NCBI GenBank assembly: GCA_950097015.1
Contig: CATNEN010000007.1
Span: 8,742,001-8,806,000, forward strand
Length of the DNA: 64,000 bases
From: Macrostomum hystrix
Lineage: Eukaryota > Animalia > Platyhelminthes
Direction: 5' to 3'
Below are positions 21,101 to 33,866 of the stretch, piece by piece. Each line of letters begins with the position of its first letter. The stretch's first letter is position 1. The position numbers and the translations under genes are program-made. The notes beneath the pieces were generated by a model. That model worked only from the letters and a program-made list of their open reading frames with translations, ran no database searches and was not told where the DNA came from.

Positions 21101-24100
21101 GGGTGGGTGGTGTTATTTTTTGCTAATTGGGCAACTGAGATGTCTGGAATTCGGTTCTAACTGTCTGGCGGCACAGGCGCTGGCGGCGTGTTCTTTATGA
21201 TTTGAAAAGCCTTTGAAGGTCTTCAAACTTTTTTATTTTGCTTTTCTAGAGTTTTTTCCTTTTACTCTAAAAACAGCGACAATAGTTTGCATAATCACCT
21301 ACTTAAACTTCGTGAAAAGTAGTGCAAACGGCAAGTAAACACTAAAATTTTTATTCCACAGGGTGCGGCTGGAGCGCGAGCGTGCCGCCCGCGAGGAGGC
21401 CGAGTCGCGCCGGCGCGAGCTGGAGGAGCGACTTAACGAGCTGGAAAAGGCCCAAGAGGGCTACGCCAGGGAGCGGAACGAGCAGACTCGGCGCATGGCC
21501 GAGATGACGCGCCAGATGGAGGAGATTCAAAGGCAGCGCGATGAGATTGATGCGGCCAGGCAGCGGGCGGAGGAGATCCGGCTGCAGCTGGAGTCGCAGG
21601 TGCAGATGAGCGCCGAGGAGCGGGCCCGCTTGTTCGAGGAGAACGAGAAGGTGCAGGCCCTGGTCAGCGCCAAGGAGCTGGAGGCCCAGCAGGCCACCGA
21701 GGAGCTGCAGACAATGCGCTCGGAGCTGGAGACTGTGCGCAGAGACCTGGAGGACACCACAGGCCGCATGGAGGAGCTGTCTGCTCAGGCGGCCGCCGCC
21801 AACGCTGCCGCAGCCGCAGCCGCAGCCAGCGAAAAAATCACTGCCACCTACACTGCCAGTGCCAACTACTCGGCCCACCTGGCCGAGATTGACGACGATG
21901 TGGCTGGTGAGAGATTGGGTGGGACTGTTGAACTGGAGCAGTGTGCTCAGGCCGCCCAGCTGAGAGATTGGGTGGGATTGTTAAACTGGAGCAGTGTGCT
22001 CAGGCCGCCCAGCTGAGAGATTGAGTGGGACTGTTGAACTGGAGCAGTGTGCTCAGGCCGCCCAGCTGAGAGATTGGGTGGGATTGTTGAACTGGAGCAG
22101 TGTGCTCAGGCCGCCCAGCTGAGAGATTGGGTGGGATTGTTGAACTGGAGCAGTGTGCTCAGGCCGCCCAGCTGAGAGATTGGGTGGGATTGTTGAACTG
22201 GAGCAGTGTGCTCAGGCCGCCCAGCTGAGAGATTGGGTGGGATTGTTGAACTGGAGCAGTGTGCTCAGGCCGCCCAGCTGAGAGATTGGGTGGGACTGTT
22301 AAACTGGAGCAGTGTGCTCAGGCCGCCCAGCTGAGAGATTGAGTGGGATTGTTGAACTGGAGCAGTGTGCTCAGGGCCGCCTAGTTGAGAGAACTTGGCC
22401 GGTTGAGCGCCTCATTGTGCTGTGTACTTATATAGTCACACAATTACTAACTCTAATTGTTTTCGCGTATAATCTTTGGTTGCTAGGCAACGCCATCGAT
22501 CTAGCGGCCGCTTCGCCGATGTCTGGTGGCTAGTCTGCCAGTTGCTTATTGGTATTGATTTTCGCTATTATGTATTTATAAATTATTCTTTAAAACTGGC
22601 CTTCAAGACTGTCTGGTTTATGAAGCCCTTGGCACCCGTGCTTTGACAGCTCAGCCATTATTTGATCTGACCCCTTCCTTTTTCTTGCGCTGAATAATAA
22701 AGCCTAGCAACTCAGTTAAAATCCCGTTTAGAGCTTTTAGCAGTCTTGGTTTTGGCCTGGCTTTACTCCGCAGTTCCTGGTTATTTTCATTTCCTATGCA
22801 AACTCTGTCTTATCTGTCTTCTTTTGTTGCACACTTGAAAACTTCAACATTGTATTAGTGGACTGGTTTCTTAATGCTGCAGCTGCGTGCAATTGCCATG
22901 GAAACTGAGGAGTTCAATGCTCTATTTTGAGTGCTTAAATGTCTGTCTATCGCTGCTAGTATTGCTTTTGTCGCACTATGTGGAACAGTGGGCATGCAAA
23001 ACGGAACGGCCCATGGAATTCTGTGGCCAAGCGTTTGAATTCACGCGAGAAAGTAAGCCATAGACAACTCAATTTGTCATGCTATGTGGAACGATGAGCC
23101 AGAATAGAAGGAACGATTTTAGTTTTTCAGAGAGACAACACGCTTTCATTTTCTTTCGTTTGATCAGTTAAGCAATAATGGCGCCCCAAATTGCTGTTCG
23201 TGATCGACAGCGCATTTGCTATCTCTGCGTTGAAGTCAAATCTCAAGAACCATTTGGCGGAAGCCGGTATGGTTGAGGATGAGCAAGTTCCACCAGAAGG
23301 AGTGACACTTGAGCAGTGGAGATTCATGCTACTTGAACGAGAGGCGACTGAAGCTGTTGGTCAAGCAATCACTGCTGACAAGTGCGCTGGTTGGGAGCTG
23401 CGCTGCAATCGATTGTTTGGATTGTGTTTGCAGCGACATATGTTTTAGGGGTTGAAATTTTTTAACTTTGATGCTTCAATTTCAGACTTAAAATAAGATT
23501 CATTTGAATGCAACTCAGAAAAATGTTCTGTTTCTGCTTGTTTTTATTCTTTCTGCAAATAAAATCTAATCTGGTTCCTTCTATTCTGGCTCATCGTTCC
23601 ACATAGCATGACAATTTGAGTTGTCTATGGCTTACTTTCTCGTGTGAATTCAAACGCTTGGCCACAGAATTCCATGGGCCGTTCCGTTTTGCATGTCCAC
23701 TGTTCCACATAGTGCGAAAAAAGCAATAGTCGTGCTTTTAGTAATTAGATTGTCTTTATATCTATCCTACGCTATCTTGACCATAATAGTTTTTAATAAT
23801 AGTAATAATAATTGCTGAAGGGCTGCAGGCAATGGCACATCATTTAGTGACACTAGACCTGAAGACAGCGAGGAGGCAATTCTGCCCATTTCGCTGACTC
23901 CTGAGCACACGCACACAGATACCGCACGCAGGCATACGCTCACACAGGTGTGTACATCTGCCCTGACTTCCTCATCGCCAGGCAAGGGCGTATATTGCAA
24001 AAAAAGCCCCAAGCCTGCTCTTCGCTTCGAGCTCAGGGACCTTGGCGCGAGAGCCAAACGCGTTATGCCGCTCTGCCACTCACTCCCGGTCTTGACCATA

Positions 24101-25116
24101 GACAATAGGCATTAGTCAACCAAAAGAGAGCATTAAACAAGGGGTCTTTCATTGGCCAAAATAATTTTATACACACTTCTGTCGTTTATGCACGCTTTAT
24201 TACCTTAAAATCTAATTACAATGGAGGAAATCGAACCCCTGACCACCACCCGCATCGACAACCCAAAACAGGCCGCGGCAGGCCACGCCAGGCAGCCACT
24301 GGGGCAGCTGCCCATGGCGGCTACACGCGGCTCAGTAAATCCGATGCCTCACTCCTCACCTGAATTTTATTCACATTGTCGTTTCTGCGAAACTTTTCGC
24401 TACTTGAAATTCCATAGTTAGCAAGAAATACCACAAGTTTGCTTTCGATTTGCACTTGATGCTCACATCTAAATGCTGAGAAGTTGTCATCCTTTGGGTC
24501 CGAAATCTTTTATGTTCCCAATCACAAAACTATTGTCTCCCGAGTGACTTCAGCGTGCAATTCCTAACTAAAAAATCCCAGGCGATAAGAACTACAGCTT
24601 CGAGAGCTTGCGCAACGGTGAGCCCACCGTGGACCGGGAGGACATCCGCGGCGAGTACACGCAGCAGCAGAGCGTCCGCGCCAAGCTGGAAATCATGCGG
24701 GACGAGCTCAACACTGCCAGGTTGGTCATCCCACCTGCCCTGTCAACTGACAATCCCACCTGCCCTATCGCCTGACAATCCCACCTGCGCTGTCACCTGA
24801 CAATCCCACCTGCCCTGTCACCTGACAATCCCACCTGCCCTGTCACCTGACAATCCCACCTGCTCTGTCACCTGACAATCCCACCTGCCCTGTCACCTGA
24901 CAATCCCACCTGCCCTGTCACCTGACAATCCCACCTCCTGAGTCAACTTACCGTCCCAACCCGCTTGTCCGCCACCTCAGGCGCGAGGAGAAATTGCAGC
25001 CGATTGACAAGCTGCACGAGACCAACGTGCAGCTGGGCCGGTCCAAGTTCAAGACGCTGCAGAAGATCCGGCTGGGCAACACCAAGAAGCGGATCGATGA
25101 GTTCGAGTCCATGTGA
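15160..25116 (+). CDS. Moe: ERM protein (moesin/ezrin/radixin homolog), 8 coding exons, 594 aa
   Basis: Exons 15160-15171, 15282-15365, 15457-15753, 16834-17241, 19618-19781, 21362-21906, 24582-24720, 24981-25116. All introns GT-AG with matching phases; 1785 nt total. FERM domain ([18 protein letters not shown]...[15 protein letters not shown]), coiled coil, and C-terminal [21 protein letters not shown]. Confidence 0.95.
15805..16802. repeat. 29/31-bp minisatellite in ERM intron 3
   Basis: Unit gatcatgggtgcagggagttgcactgtgt(gt). Confidence 0.95.
17275..19373. repeat. 23/24-bp minisatellite in ERM intron 4
   Basis: Unit gagagcagcttgg(g)gatctctagc, spanning about 2.1 kb. Confidence 0.95.
21908..22392. 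repeat. 53-bp minisatellite at the start of ERM intron 6, about 9 copies
   Basis: gagagattg recurs at 21909, 21962, 22015 and onward. Confidence 0.93.
22962..23726 (+). mobile_element. Non-autonomous Tc1/mariner (IS630-like) element with ~153-bp TIRs, in ERM intron 6
   Basis: TIRs at 22962-23114 and 23574-23726 (TTGCTTTT...AAAAGCAA), flanked by TA. Internal ORF 23191-23448 ([15 protein letters not shown]...[12 protein letters not shown]...[10 protein letters not shown]) is homologous to the relic at 5145-5393. Confidence 0.8.
23795..24087 (-). mobile_element. tRNA-derived SINE family A copy, internally deleted
   Basis: Minus strand begins gggagtgagTGGCAGAGCGGcataacg (A-box-like), shares its body with the 47970 and 62810 copies, and ends in an (ATT)n tail. 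Confidence 0.7.
24729..24936. repeat. 25-bp minisatellite in ERM intron 7
   Basis: Unit acaatcccacctgccctgtcacctg. Confidence 0.93.
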
Positions 25117-26339
25117 TTGCTTTCTGCGGGTCGCACGCTGCGAGATTCGATGTTAATATGAGCACAGATTGTCATGAACTCTTGAGTCATCTCTGACCCA
25201 GCCTTGTGTATGAGATCGTTTTGATTGCGTGCGCCAGGTCTTTTGACTTTACGCACGCCTTTGTCACTTATTCTCCCATCCTTTTATCCTTTATTTTCAC
25301 GACTCCTAGCGCTCACCCCTCGTGTAAGACATTCCAATGGCAACAACAAAAACCAACTCTAATTTTTATATGCGATTTTACACATGTATTACTGATTCCA
25401 GTAGTCAGTGTAGGGCAGTTCTGCTGTTTTTTAATATCTTCTCTGCAATTTCAAACACTACCTTAGCAGCGGGTCCGTGAGTGTGTTGGCCTTACCTAGC
25501 AATATCTGTTAACTGTAGCTCGCCTTTCTCTGTATTAATCTATTTTGCATAACATTTTGCCTTTGCGCTCGCAGGTATTTAGCTAGCTTGATTCTCAGTT
25601 CCCGCTAATCGCCTAACCCGCTATTCCGATCTGCCCTAAGCCTGCTCAGCCTGCCTAGGCGGGCTGCGGCCATCGAGTCATTCCGCTTTTGGTGCACGGT
25701 TAATTTCGTTGATTCTTCACATCGTTCTGATTATATAGATTCGTTGTAGTGCCGCAGACTTCTCTCTACTGCGAGTAGTCTGTCTGGCGCTTAGATTTTC
25801 CTAGCAATTGTTCACCGTGAGCTTGTTTTTTATGCCGCAATCAAATTTGCTCATTCCACGATTTAGCTTTCACCGTTGATGCAAATAATTGCCTCCGCTC
25901 TATGCCACCATCAAGTCTTCATTCCGAGTTGTCGGCCCGTAGTCTATTTTACCCGCTTTACAGAATCAGCATGTGCAACACTTTTTTCTTCTGCTTTTTC
26001 TACAATTCAAATTTTTGCAGTCGGCGCTCAGTGGATTCGATTGGACCTCCGCCTGTCATCGCTCACTATTTTACGCTTCTATGAATTTTATATCATTATT
26101 ACTTTGTACTTTTGCTAGCTAATATTGTACTTTTAAACTCTGTTTATCTTGGGAAGGCAAATATAAACTAGAAAAATATACTCGGCTTGCCCACCATTGG
26201 TCTGGACCAGTCCGCCTGCTCGCCTAATCACCTATCAACAGAAGAGCTGGGGTGGCATAACTCGAATTCAGGTTGCCAGGTTGCCTCTCTCGTTAGGATT
26301 TGTTAATTTACCATCGAAGTGACTGTCCTAAACAGTAGA

Positions 26340-27575
26340 AAGGCCATTTTCCCCTGGGAAAAGTCCACGAGGGTACTCAAATACCCGCCCGATAACTCCC
26401 GAAACCGAAGGGCCGGTTTTATTGAAAGTCCACCGTATGGATAAAATATTTCGCCCTTTATGATAAACTAACTTTCACAGCCGTCCGACGTCAGCATCAT
26501 CGAGATATTCCGCGGTTATTTTCGAGAAGCCCTTGTGACAATGACGACTTTGTACATTCCTTTGTATAAACCTCTATAATTAATAACTAATTAATTTGAA
26601 CTTTGAAAATCATTAGCAAAAGATCTACAGTTTGGCCGACATGGAGAAATTGTTAGCAGAAAAACTATGCCAATATTAGTTTTTGCCACCAGACACCCTA
26701 CGAGAATTGTTGAATACTTCGATGATGCCGATGCTTTATGATTCTAAAGTTTCATCGGATAGAGCCGAAGTAATTTAATGGATTTTAATGGCCATTGTGT
26801 GAACAGAAATAACTAGATAGCGCTGTGGCTTTCGATCCAGTTGCTGAAGCATCAAATCAAAAGACCATTCGATAAGAAGACAGATCGGACAATCGACTAG
26901 TTAGTAAGCGGCATGGAATTGTGGAAGTACCTAAGGAACCCCTCCTACATGTACGACCTGCTCAAGGGTGCTCAAACGGACTCAGTACATATATGGAAAC
27001 AAACAGCCAGAATCGTCCATGTCGAAACGCGCATTTTTCAGTATTTTGCAGTGTATATTTTCATCTACTGGTCGAGCAGGACTGCATTGTCCGCAGCGAT
27101 GCCAGCTGGTCGGAGAGTTTGCACAGCATGGACGGTGGGAAACTCTAGCAAAGATGCTAATTGTTTGCCTTTTCATAACGACTCACAAAGAAGCCAAGGG
27201 AACTCGTGTCTTTGTACTTGAAACAATGCTAAGGCACACGAGGAAATTATGTTGACGCAAACTGAATTAAACCTGTGAGTATGCACGCGATGCAATCTTC
27301 CTCAACAATAACAGGTGCTGCTGCAGAAACTATCGAATAAAGAGAACCCTTCTATTCAGCAAAATGTCAGCAAATAGTCCAAACTCGAAAATACGACACA
27401 AGGCTTGCGCGCATGATAGCGCAATCGAAAAAAGCCTATAGCAACAAATACTACAGTGAAAATGGATTGATGCTCATAAAAATCCCTTTGGGATCCGGTA
27501 TTGGGTAAAAATCCACAGAGTTCGCTTCAGAACAGTTGCAGTCACGGTGCCTGCTTTTCAGGGGGGATAGGCATT
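26340..27575 (+). mobile_element. Dispersed repeat family B, putative non-autonomous DNA transposon; right end uncertain
   Basis: 26345-26780 aligns with the reverse complement of ~32340-33470 excluding the solo LTR (e.g. gccaccagaca...acgagaa...gttgaata; gggaaaag.ccacg.ggg..ctcaaataccc). Imperfect inverted end cttttcaggggggatagg near 27555. Confidence 0.55.
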
Positions 27576-27734
27576 GACTTTGTGGGTTGCTGAGCTGAGC
27601 GCATGTTCCGCTAAATTAGTCAATAGAGCCAGTGTACAAAGGGAGTGAGGTGGGTGACAATGTACATACCAGCCCAGCGAATCATCGAGGTCGGACTCAG
27701 TTAGTTTTTTATACATTCGCGATAGCGCCACGGC

Positions 27735-28724
27735 TCACTTGGCCCTGGGCACGGCGACCTTCTTTGTCTCCTGCACATGCGGTTGGCCTGTGGGTCGCAA
27801 CTCTTCCAGACGGCCCTGCAGGTCGTCAATGCGGACATCTTTCAGGTGAAGCAAGTGCTCCAGCCGGCGGATCTTGGCCTGCAAGATCTCCACAGTCTCG
27901 TCCTTGGCCAGGCACTCCTGCACTTTCTCCTCATAGGCGAGCCGTGTGACGTAGTCAGACTGGCCGATGTTCTGCAGGCTCTCGGACTTGCGCGGTGGCG
28001 GCTGCTGCGCTCGGCCGTAGCCTTTCGGCGACCGGCTGGGCGACATCTTGCTGGCGCCGGCGCCGCCCTGGCGCAGGCTGGCCTGGTCCACCTCCGGCGC
28101 GTCTGACGCGTGCCCGGCCTGCAACTCGAATGGGAGATTCTTGCGCGTGGAAATCTGGCGAACTTTTACACGCTTAATCAGCGCCCAACATGGGCAAATG
28201 ATTCCCCCACGACGCAAGTTACCTCTCCCATTTGGCAATTATCCCCAAAACATCCCCATCAGTTTGTACGAGTTTCCGTCACTAGAGAAAATGTCCCCCA
28301 ATTCGGCAAGTTATCCCAATTATTGGCAAAAATCACAGTTTCTAAGTCTCAATCCATACAAGAGTCTCACCTTCTCCTCGTACAAAGACCGGTCCATCTT
28401 TGTTCTCAGCAGCAGTAAGACGCGCTCGATGGTGCCCGGCTTACCATTGATGATGGAGTCAATCACATCATTTGACAGTTCAAAGTTGAGCTTCTTGAAA
28501 GTTTTCCAGTTAAGCAGCATCCAGTTCTTCTTCTTCTGGTCCGTGTTATTGCACGGGTTGAAGTTGTGCAGATCAACCAGGCGCGGAAAATAGTGCTTGA
28601 CCACCTCGGCCATCAGGACGCCGTCGCTAAAGTCGCGGGCAATGCTTTTCTTTGGCCTCGACAAAGGGATCTGGTCAATCCAGGCATACAGGTCTTGCAG
28701 CACTTCATCGTCGATTTCCGCCAT
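27735..28724 (-). CDS. SPEF1: Sperm flagellar protein 1 (SPEF1/CLAMP), 245 aa
   Basis: Exons 28724-28371 and 28118-27735 (GTGAGA...TTGCAG, phase 0). N-terminal CH domain (LYAWIDQIPLSRPKKSIARDFSDG); C-terminal coiled coil ETVEILQAKIRRLEHLLHLKDVRIDDL. Confidence 0.93.
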
Positions 28725-30723
28725 GCCGTTTTGTTTATAATTGCCGGCTGTGGGCGTTAGAGAAATTGCAAGGAGTGTGAAATTTGTTTAAAAGTAAATT
28801 TCTCAGGGTTACAACTCCTGCTCTTTGCCTGTGAGTTGCTTGCTTTCAGGTAAGGGAAGAAAAGTTAAAATTTCCTAATAAAATAGGTGGCTAAAGCTAA
28901 ATATAAATGTTTGAATAAATCTATAAATAAAATTAACTAGCTCTGTGCTGAAAAATTGCTAATACATTGCTAATTGCTAATCAGCGCATTTGAATTAGAT
29001 AAACTAATTGAATTATACATGCTTACAACACAAAATATTTAGTGAATTGGGTTGTGTTTCTAATTCCAACAAAATTCTTGTCCAAAAATGTGAGCCACGA
29101 TTAATTTTGGACCACAGTATACAAAAACAATGATCTTGTCAATATAACAATATACTGGCGCCATATTGCTATTATAATTTTTATGCTGGAATCTTCTGTT
29201 ATGAATTAACTAACCTGCAGGAAAATGCGAAAAGGAAATGCACAACAACTGAATATCCAGTGATAAGAAATAGTTGATGAAAAAATTGCTGAATTTAATA
29301 AAAGAAATCTTAAAATGCAGACAAAGAGCATACAATACGAGAACAAATTTTTGCTAGTGAGTTTACTTATATTTGCTGATATAGCTACACTTATAGTAGA
29401 GCAATACACATTAGTAAAGCTAAAGCCATATAACCTGTGCATTTCGTACCAACACAGCGACCAATCAATCAACGCTGCGTCATTTGTCTGCGTACAATCA
29501 ATGAACAAAAAAGAATTTTATGCAAATAACTTAAACAGTGACTATAGACACACTTTCATAATTTGAGCCTGGTATTGTTTTCTGATTTCAAAGCATAAAA
29601 AGCAAAATAAAAGTAGAAGCACAAAGGAGAGTGCTGTTTTGTAATTATTTTTTAGAATTTAAAAGCTTTTTTTGTTATTTTAAAATGCGTTTCTTTAAAT
29701 GGCGGTCGTTCAGATGCCACTTTTAAGGAAATAAGAATTCGAAACCTACGTTAACTGAAGAAACACTTTTCTTTTATGCGCTATCGCAATTTTCTTTATG
29801 TTTGGACTATTATATCTTCTGCAATAAAAATATTCAGTTTTTTAAGAAAATACTAGGTTTCTAGCATTACAGTATGAGCAACTTTATTATCTATCCTTAT
29901 TTCAGTACCAAAGGCAAAACTATCATAATCTTCTTTGACGTATCTGTCTATAATCATTAAAAAGCTTACGAAGAACTCAGTTTATTGGCGGTTAAACCGG
30001 TTCAGAATTATGTATTTATTAGTTAATGCACAAATTTGTTTTAAGCATTTGAACAATTATTTTTTGTTCGATTCGATGTTACATAAGTTATTAAGTATCG
30101 ATAGATATATGAGTAGGCTACTATTACTATGCATAGGCCTACGTTTTTAACCTGATCTGAACCTTCACTTATCCCTCTAGTGATTATTATTTACTATACT
30201 AAGCAACTGCTGGGTGTTAACTTAATCTCGATAAAAATGCAAAATGATTTATTTAAGTTGACTATTTATAATTTTATTTAAGTTTTTTGTATTTTTATTT
30301 TATTCCTTGCAAATTTACTAGTTCCACTGTTTTTAACCATATGGATATAAATCTTGCACTGGGTTATACAAAGCTGATAGTTGTATAGTTTTATTTATGT
30401 ATTTTTATTAAAAATTTTACATTGGAGCTTATATATCAAACCTATTATCTGAATAACAACCCCTTGTCTGATAAAAATGAAAATTACAGGATGGCTGTCC
30501 CTATAGGCACAATATTTAGTGATTGTAGGAGACCTGCAGCCAGCAAAGAGGCAATTCAGCCCAATTTGCCCACTTTCCCATCGTCATGCATTGTGCACTT
30601 TTCACTCTGCCTTAGAGGATTCTTCTTGCAAGCATAAATTGCATAACAAGCCTCAAAGCGATTGTTTTGTTATTTGCTCTGCCACCCACCCCAGTGCCCG
30701 AGTCCCCCATACAATTATCTCAG

Positions 30724-30984
30724 GCGCCATTCCAGTTGCCCCTGACTGAAGTTGCGGCCTCGCTGCAGGCCAACAGCACAGCGGCTCTGGTGGCAGCCGC
30801 GCTGGTTGTCCTCTGTGCCATCTGCTCCGCCGGCTTCTTGTGCTTCTGTCGAAAGAAATTGCCGAGAAAAGGCAGCTACGAGACCAAGGAGGCCGAGGGC
30901 GCTGCAGTCACGGACAACGCCGACGAGGCCATTCGGCGAGGCCAGACTGGCCAGCCAGCGCTGAAGGAAGAGTTCTACATGTGA
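30724..30984 (+). CDS. Neurexin IV/Caspr/glycophorin C-type TM + cytoplasmic tail exon; upstream exons not identified
   Basis: Acceptor tatctcag ends at 30723. Encodes an NST sequon, a TM helix (ALVAAALVVLCAICSAGFLCFC), a 4.1m-like motif RKGSYETKEAEG, and a class II PDZ-type end KEEFYM*. AATAAA near 31685. Confidence 0.8.
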   Translation, partial: APFQLPLTEVAASLQANSTAALVAAALVVLCAICSAGFLCFCRKKLPRKGSYETKEAEGAAVTDNADEAIRRGQTGQPALKEEFYM

Positions 30985-32547
30985 CCCGCTTCGTGTGCTT
31001 TTGGGCCTCTGGGAAATCTTTGTTATGGGGATAAATTTTTTTATTTTTCGATCGAATACTGACAAGGCTTCAGTTCAGTTTGTTGGGCATCTGAACAATC
31101 TGGGCGTCTGGCTTGCCGGATACTGTTTAAATTAATAATCCTGGGATAGATTCAAGTAATCACCACTGAACCCATCGCTCGTTGTAATGGGCTCTGTGTG
31201 GGCTCTGTTTCTGTTAATTTACCTTGCTTATTTATTTATTATAATGCTTTACATGCCACTTAACTGTTTAACATTCCTTTATTGTTTTGCAGTCTCCTCC
31301 AGTATCTAATATAGTAAAACTGTGAAAAGCTTCTGTGTTTTGATGGGGATATCGGTGTGAATATCACAGTTTCGCTGGAAATTCAGAAAATTCGCTATCA
31401 GGTTTAGAATTTTGTTATCATAGTGCACTTTTATGCTCGGCCTTTCCAGTTTCTCATGCGACCGTCGGATTGGTTGGCTGATTGATAGCTTATTGGTGTG
31501 CCGATTGATTGGCTGCATGTTTGGCTAATGTTTTTATATTTACCCAACATTTTTAATGCTTACATTCCGTATTGATCTTTTGTCTGTTGCGATACGCTGA
31601 TCTTGACACAGGATTTTTTCTATGCATATGTTATGTAAATACAAGTACACTATTGTGTACTGCTAGTAAGTTTTTCTATTTACTAATAAAACAATACTGA
31701 ATTCATTTGTTCACTAGATTGGAGTCACTACACTCATCTTTGAGCACTTAATGGCCTAAATAAGTGACTCAATGTCTTTAAACCATTCTGAAAGTCGCTA
31801 CATTTTCATCGCCTCAGTACATTGCTCGCAAACGCAAGTGCTGCAACTGAATTTCGCTGTCTGTTACAACTTGAAGCTGTATCTACTCTGCGGTTGTGAA
31901 GTGGGTTGGCTGTAATGTTTTACTCAAGGCCAAGGAGAAATAAAAATTAGCGCAGCGCAGTCGGCGACCTTGTGTTGCCAGGCTGATCATCACCGTTTTT
32001 AATAAATAAATCGCGTAAAATGTTTTGGCGCTTTTTTACTTTTACTTCTACTTGAAGTAGCGCGTGCGGGAAATTGTTTAACTACAAGTAATTTAGTTAG
32101 ATTATTTGAAGATTAACTAGTCCATATTTTGCTGTTAAATTCCGATAATCCTGATACAGCTCGGCTACGAATTCTTAACAGACACGCACTCACTGAGACC
32201 AAAAATACGAGGGTGCTCAGGTCAACAAGAACCGTCTGGCTGTGCCGACTGCCGGGGTATTTCAATAACCCACATTTTCTTCTTTCTTTAACTATCTCCC
32301 AAAATATTCAAACAAACGCCTTGAAAATCCCGAACACGAGCTTAAATTTTTCGCTCTATACGATGAAACAAGTTCCAGAATCACAAAAAATCGGCATTCT
32401 CAAGATATTCAACGGTTCTCGTCAAGTTGTCTGGTGGCCAAAAGCACTATAGGCATAATTTTTGAGCTCACAAAATTCATCCTATCGAAACATGCCGGGC
32501 TATTTTTGTTGATTATACTGTATTTATCATAGTGTTAGTCATTATAT

Positions 32548-33210
32548 TGTTGTACCCAGGGCACGATCCTTACGGCCTGGCTGGGCGACAGCCCGGGAGA
32601 GGGAACCCCTAGCTGGGGCAGGTCCCGCCGCCTGATTCCTTGACGACGCCGCGAGAGTTCGCTGGTGCCGCCGCCCAGAGACCTGCGAAAGTTCGCGAGG
32701 ACTCAGGTGCCTAAGCAGAGCGAGAGTTCACTCCGAGTTGCCCGCGGAACGCCCGGAAGAAAACAAAGGCACACTCACGGTTAGCCAGAGACGGATAGAT
32801 AGAATTAACTCAGACGTAGGTGTTGTATTTAATTCGGCCCAGTCGCACTGAGTACCGCAAGGAAGTGGGACAAAAAACATGCTCACGGGCCATGCGGCAC
32901 GCATGCAGCATTTAAATAGTGCGTGAAAAACGCGGTGGGGCAGATAAAGGGGAGCCGGGACGGAGGGAATAAACGGGCCCAGCCAATCGCTGGAGCCAAG
33001 GCAGGACACAAAGGAACGGGGGAAGGTAGAAATGTAAAGGGCCGGCCAATCGCAGGGCCGCAGGGGCAGGGAGGAAGGAAAGGGGCACGCCACGCCAGGG
33101 GTGGGGCATAAGCCACCAAACGGGCGTTGCTGAGAGCGAGGGACAGGAGAGAGAAAACACGCAGAAAAAATATGCACAGGCCTTGGAGGTAGGGTTGAGC
33201 ACGCACAACA
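32548..33210 (-). mobile_element. Solo LTR (663 bp)
   Basis: Termini TGTTGT...ACAACA; 4-bp TSD ATAT on both sides; two ccaatc boxes; minus-strand TATA-like ctatttaaat followed by ATTAAA. Confidence 0.75.
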
Positions 33211-33443
33211 ATATTGATCCATATGGATTAGCCACTGAGGTCTATACAGAGGAATGTCAGTTGTCCTTTTCATCAGGGTCTTTGACAAGAGTCGCTGAAT
33301 ATCGATCGTCGATGATGAAAGTTAGTTCATCGAACGCTCGTAAAAGGAGGAAAATTTTCTTACAGATGGTGGTCTTTCACGAAAATCGGTCATTCGGTTT
33401 TTGTAGCTATCGTGAAGTGGGCAGTGGGTATTTGAATAGCCCC

Positions 33444-33866
33444 GTGGTCTTTTCCCATGTGGAAAAATAGCGTGGTCTTTTCCCACGTGGAAAAATAGTG
33501 TGGTCTTTTCCCATGTGGAAAAATAGCGTGGTCTTTTCCTATGTGGAAAAATAGCGTGGTCTTTTCCCATGTGGAAAAATAGCGTGGTCTTTTCCCATGT
33601 GGAAAAATAGCGTGGTCTTTTCCCATGTGGAAAAATAGCGTGGTCTTTTCCCATGTGGAAAAATAGCGTGGTCTTTTCCCATGTGGAAAAATAGCGTGGT
33701 CTTTTCCCACGTGGAAAAATAGTGTGGTCTTTTCCCATGTGGAAAAATAGCGTGGTCTTTTCCTATGTGGAAAAATAGCGTGGTCTTTTCCCATGTGGAA
33801 AAATAGCGTGGTCTTTTCCCATGTGGAAAAATAGCGTGGTCTTTTCCCATGTGGAAAAATAGCGTG
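33444..33866. repeat. 28-bp tandem array, about 15 copies
   Basis: Unit gtggtcttttcccatgtggaaaaatagc. Confidence 0.95.

Larger units (their letters stand above)
32340..33866 (-). mobile_element. Dispersed repeat family B copy interrupted by a solo LTR; left end uncertain
   Basis: Homologous to 26345-26780 on both sides of the LTR at 32548-33210. Confidence 0.55.

Noticed and set aside
33444-33866. 28-bp repeats superficially like a CRISPR array
   Set aside because: Units are head-to-tail with no unique spacers, there are no cas genes, and the context is eukaryotic.
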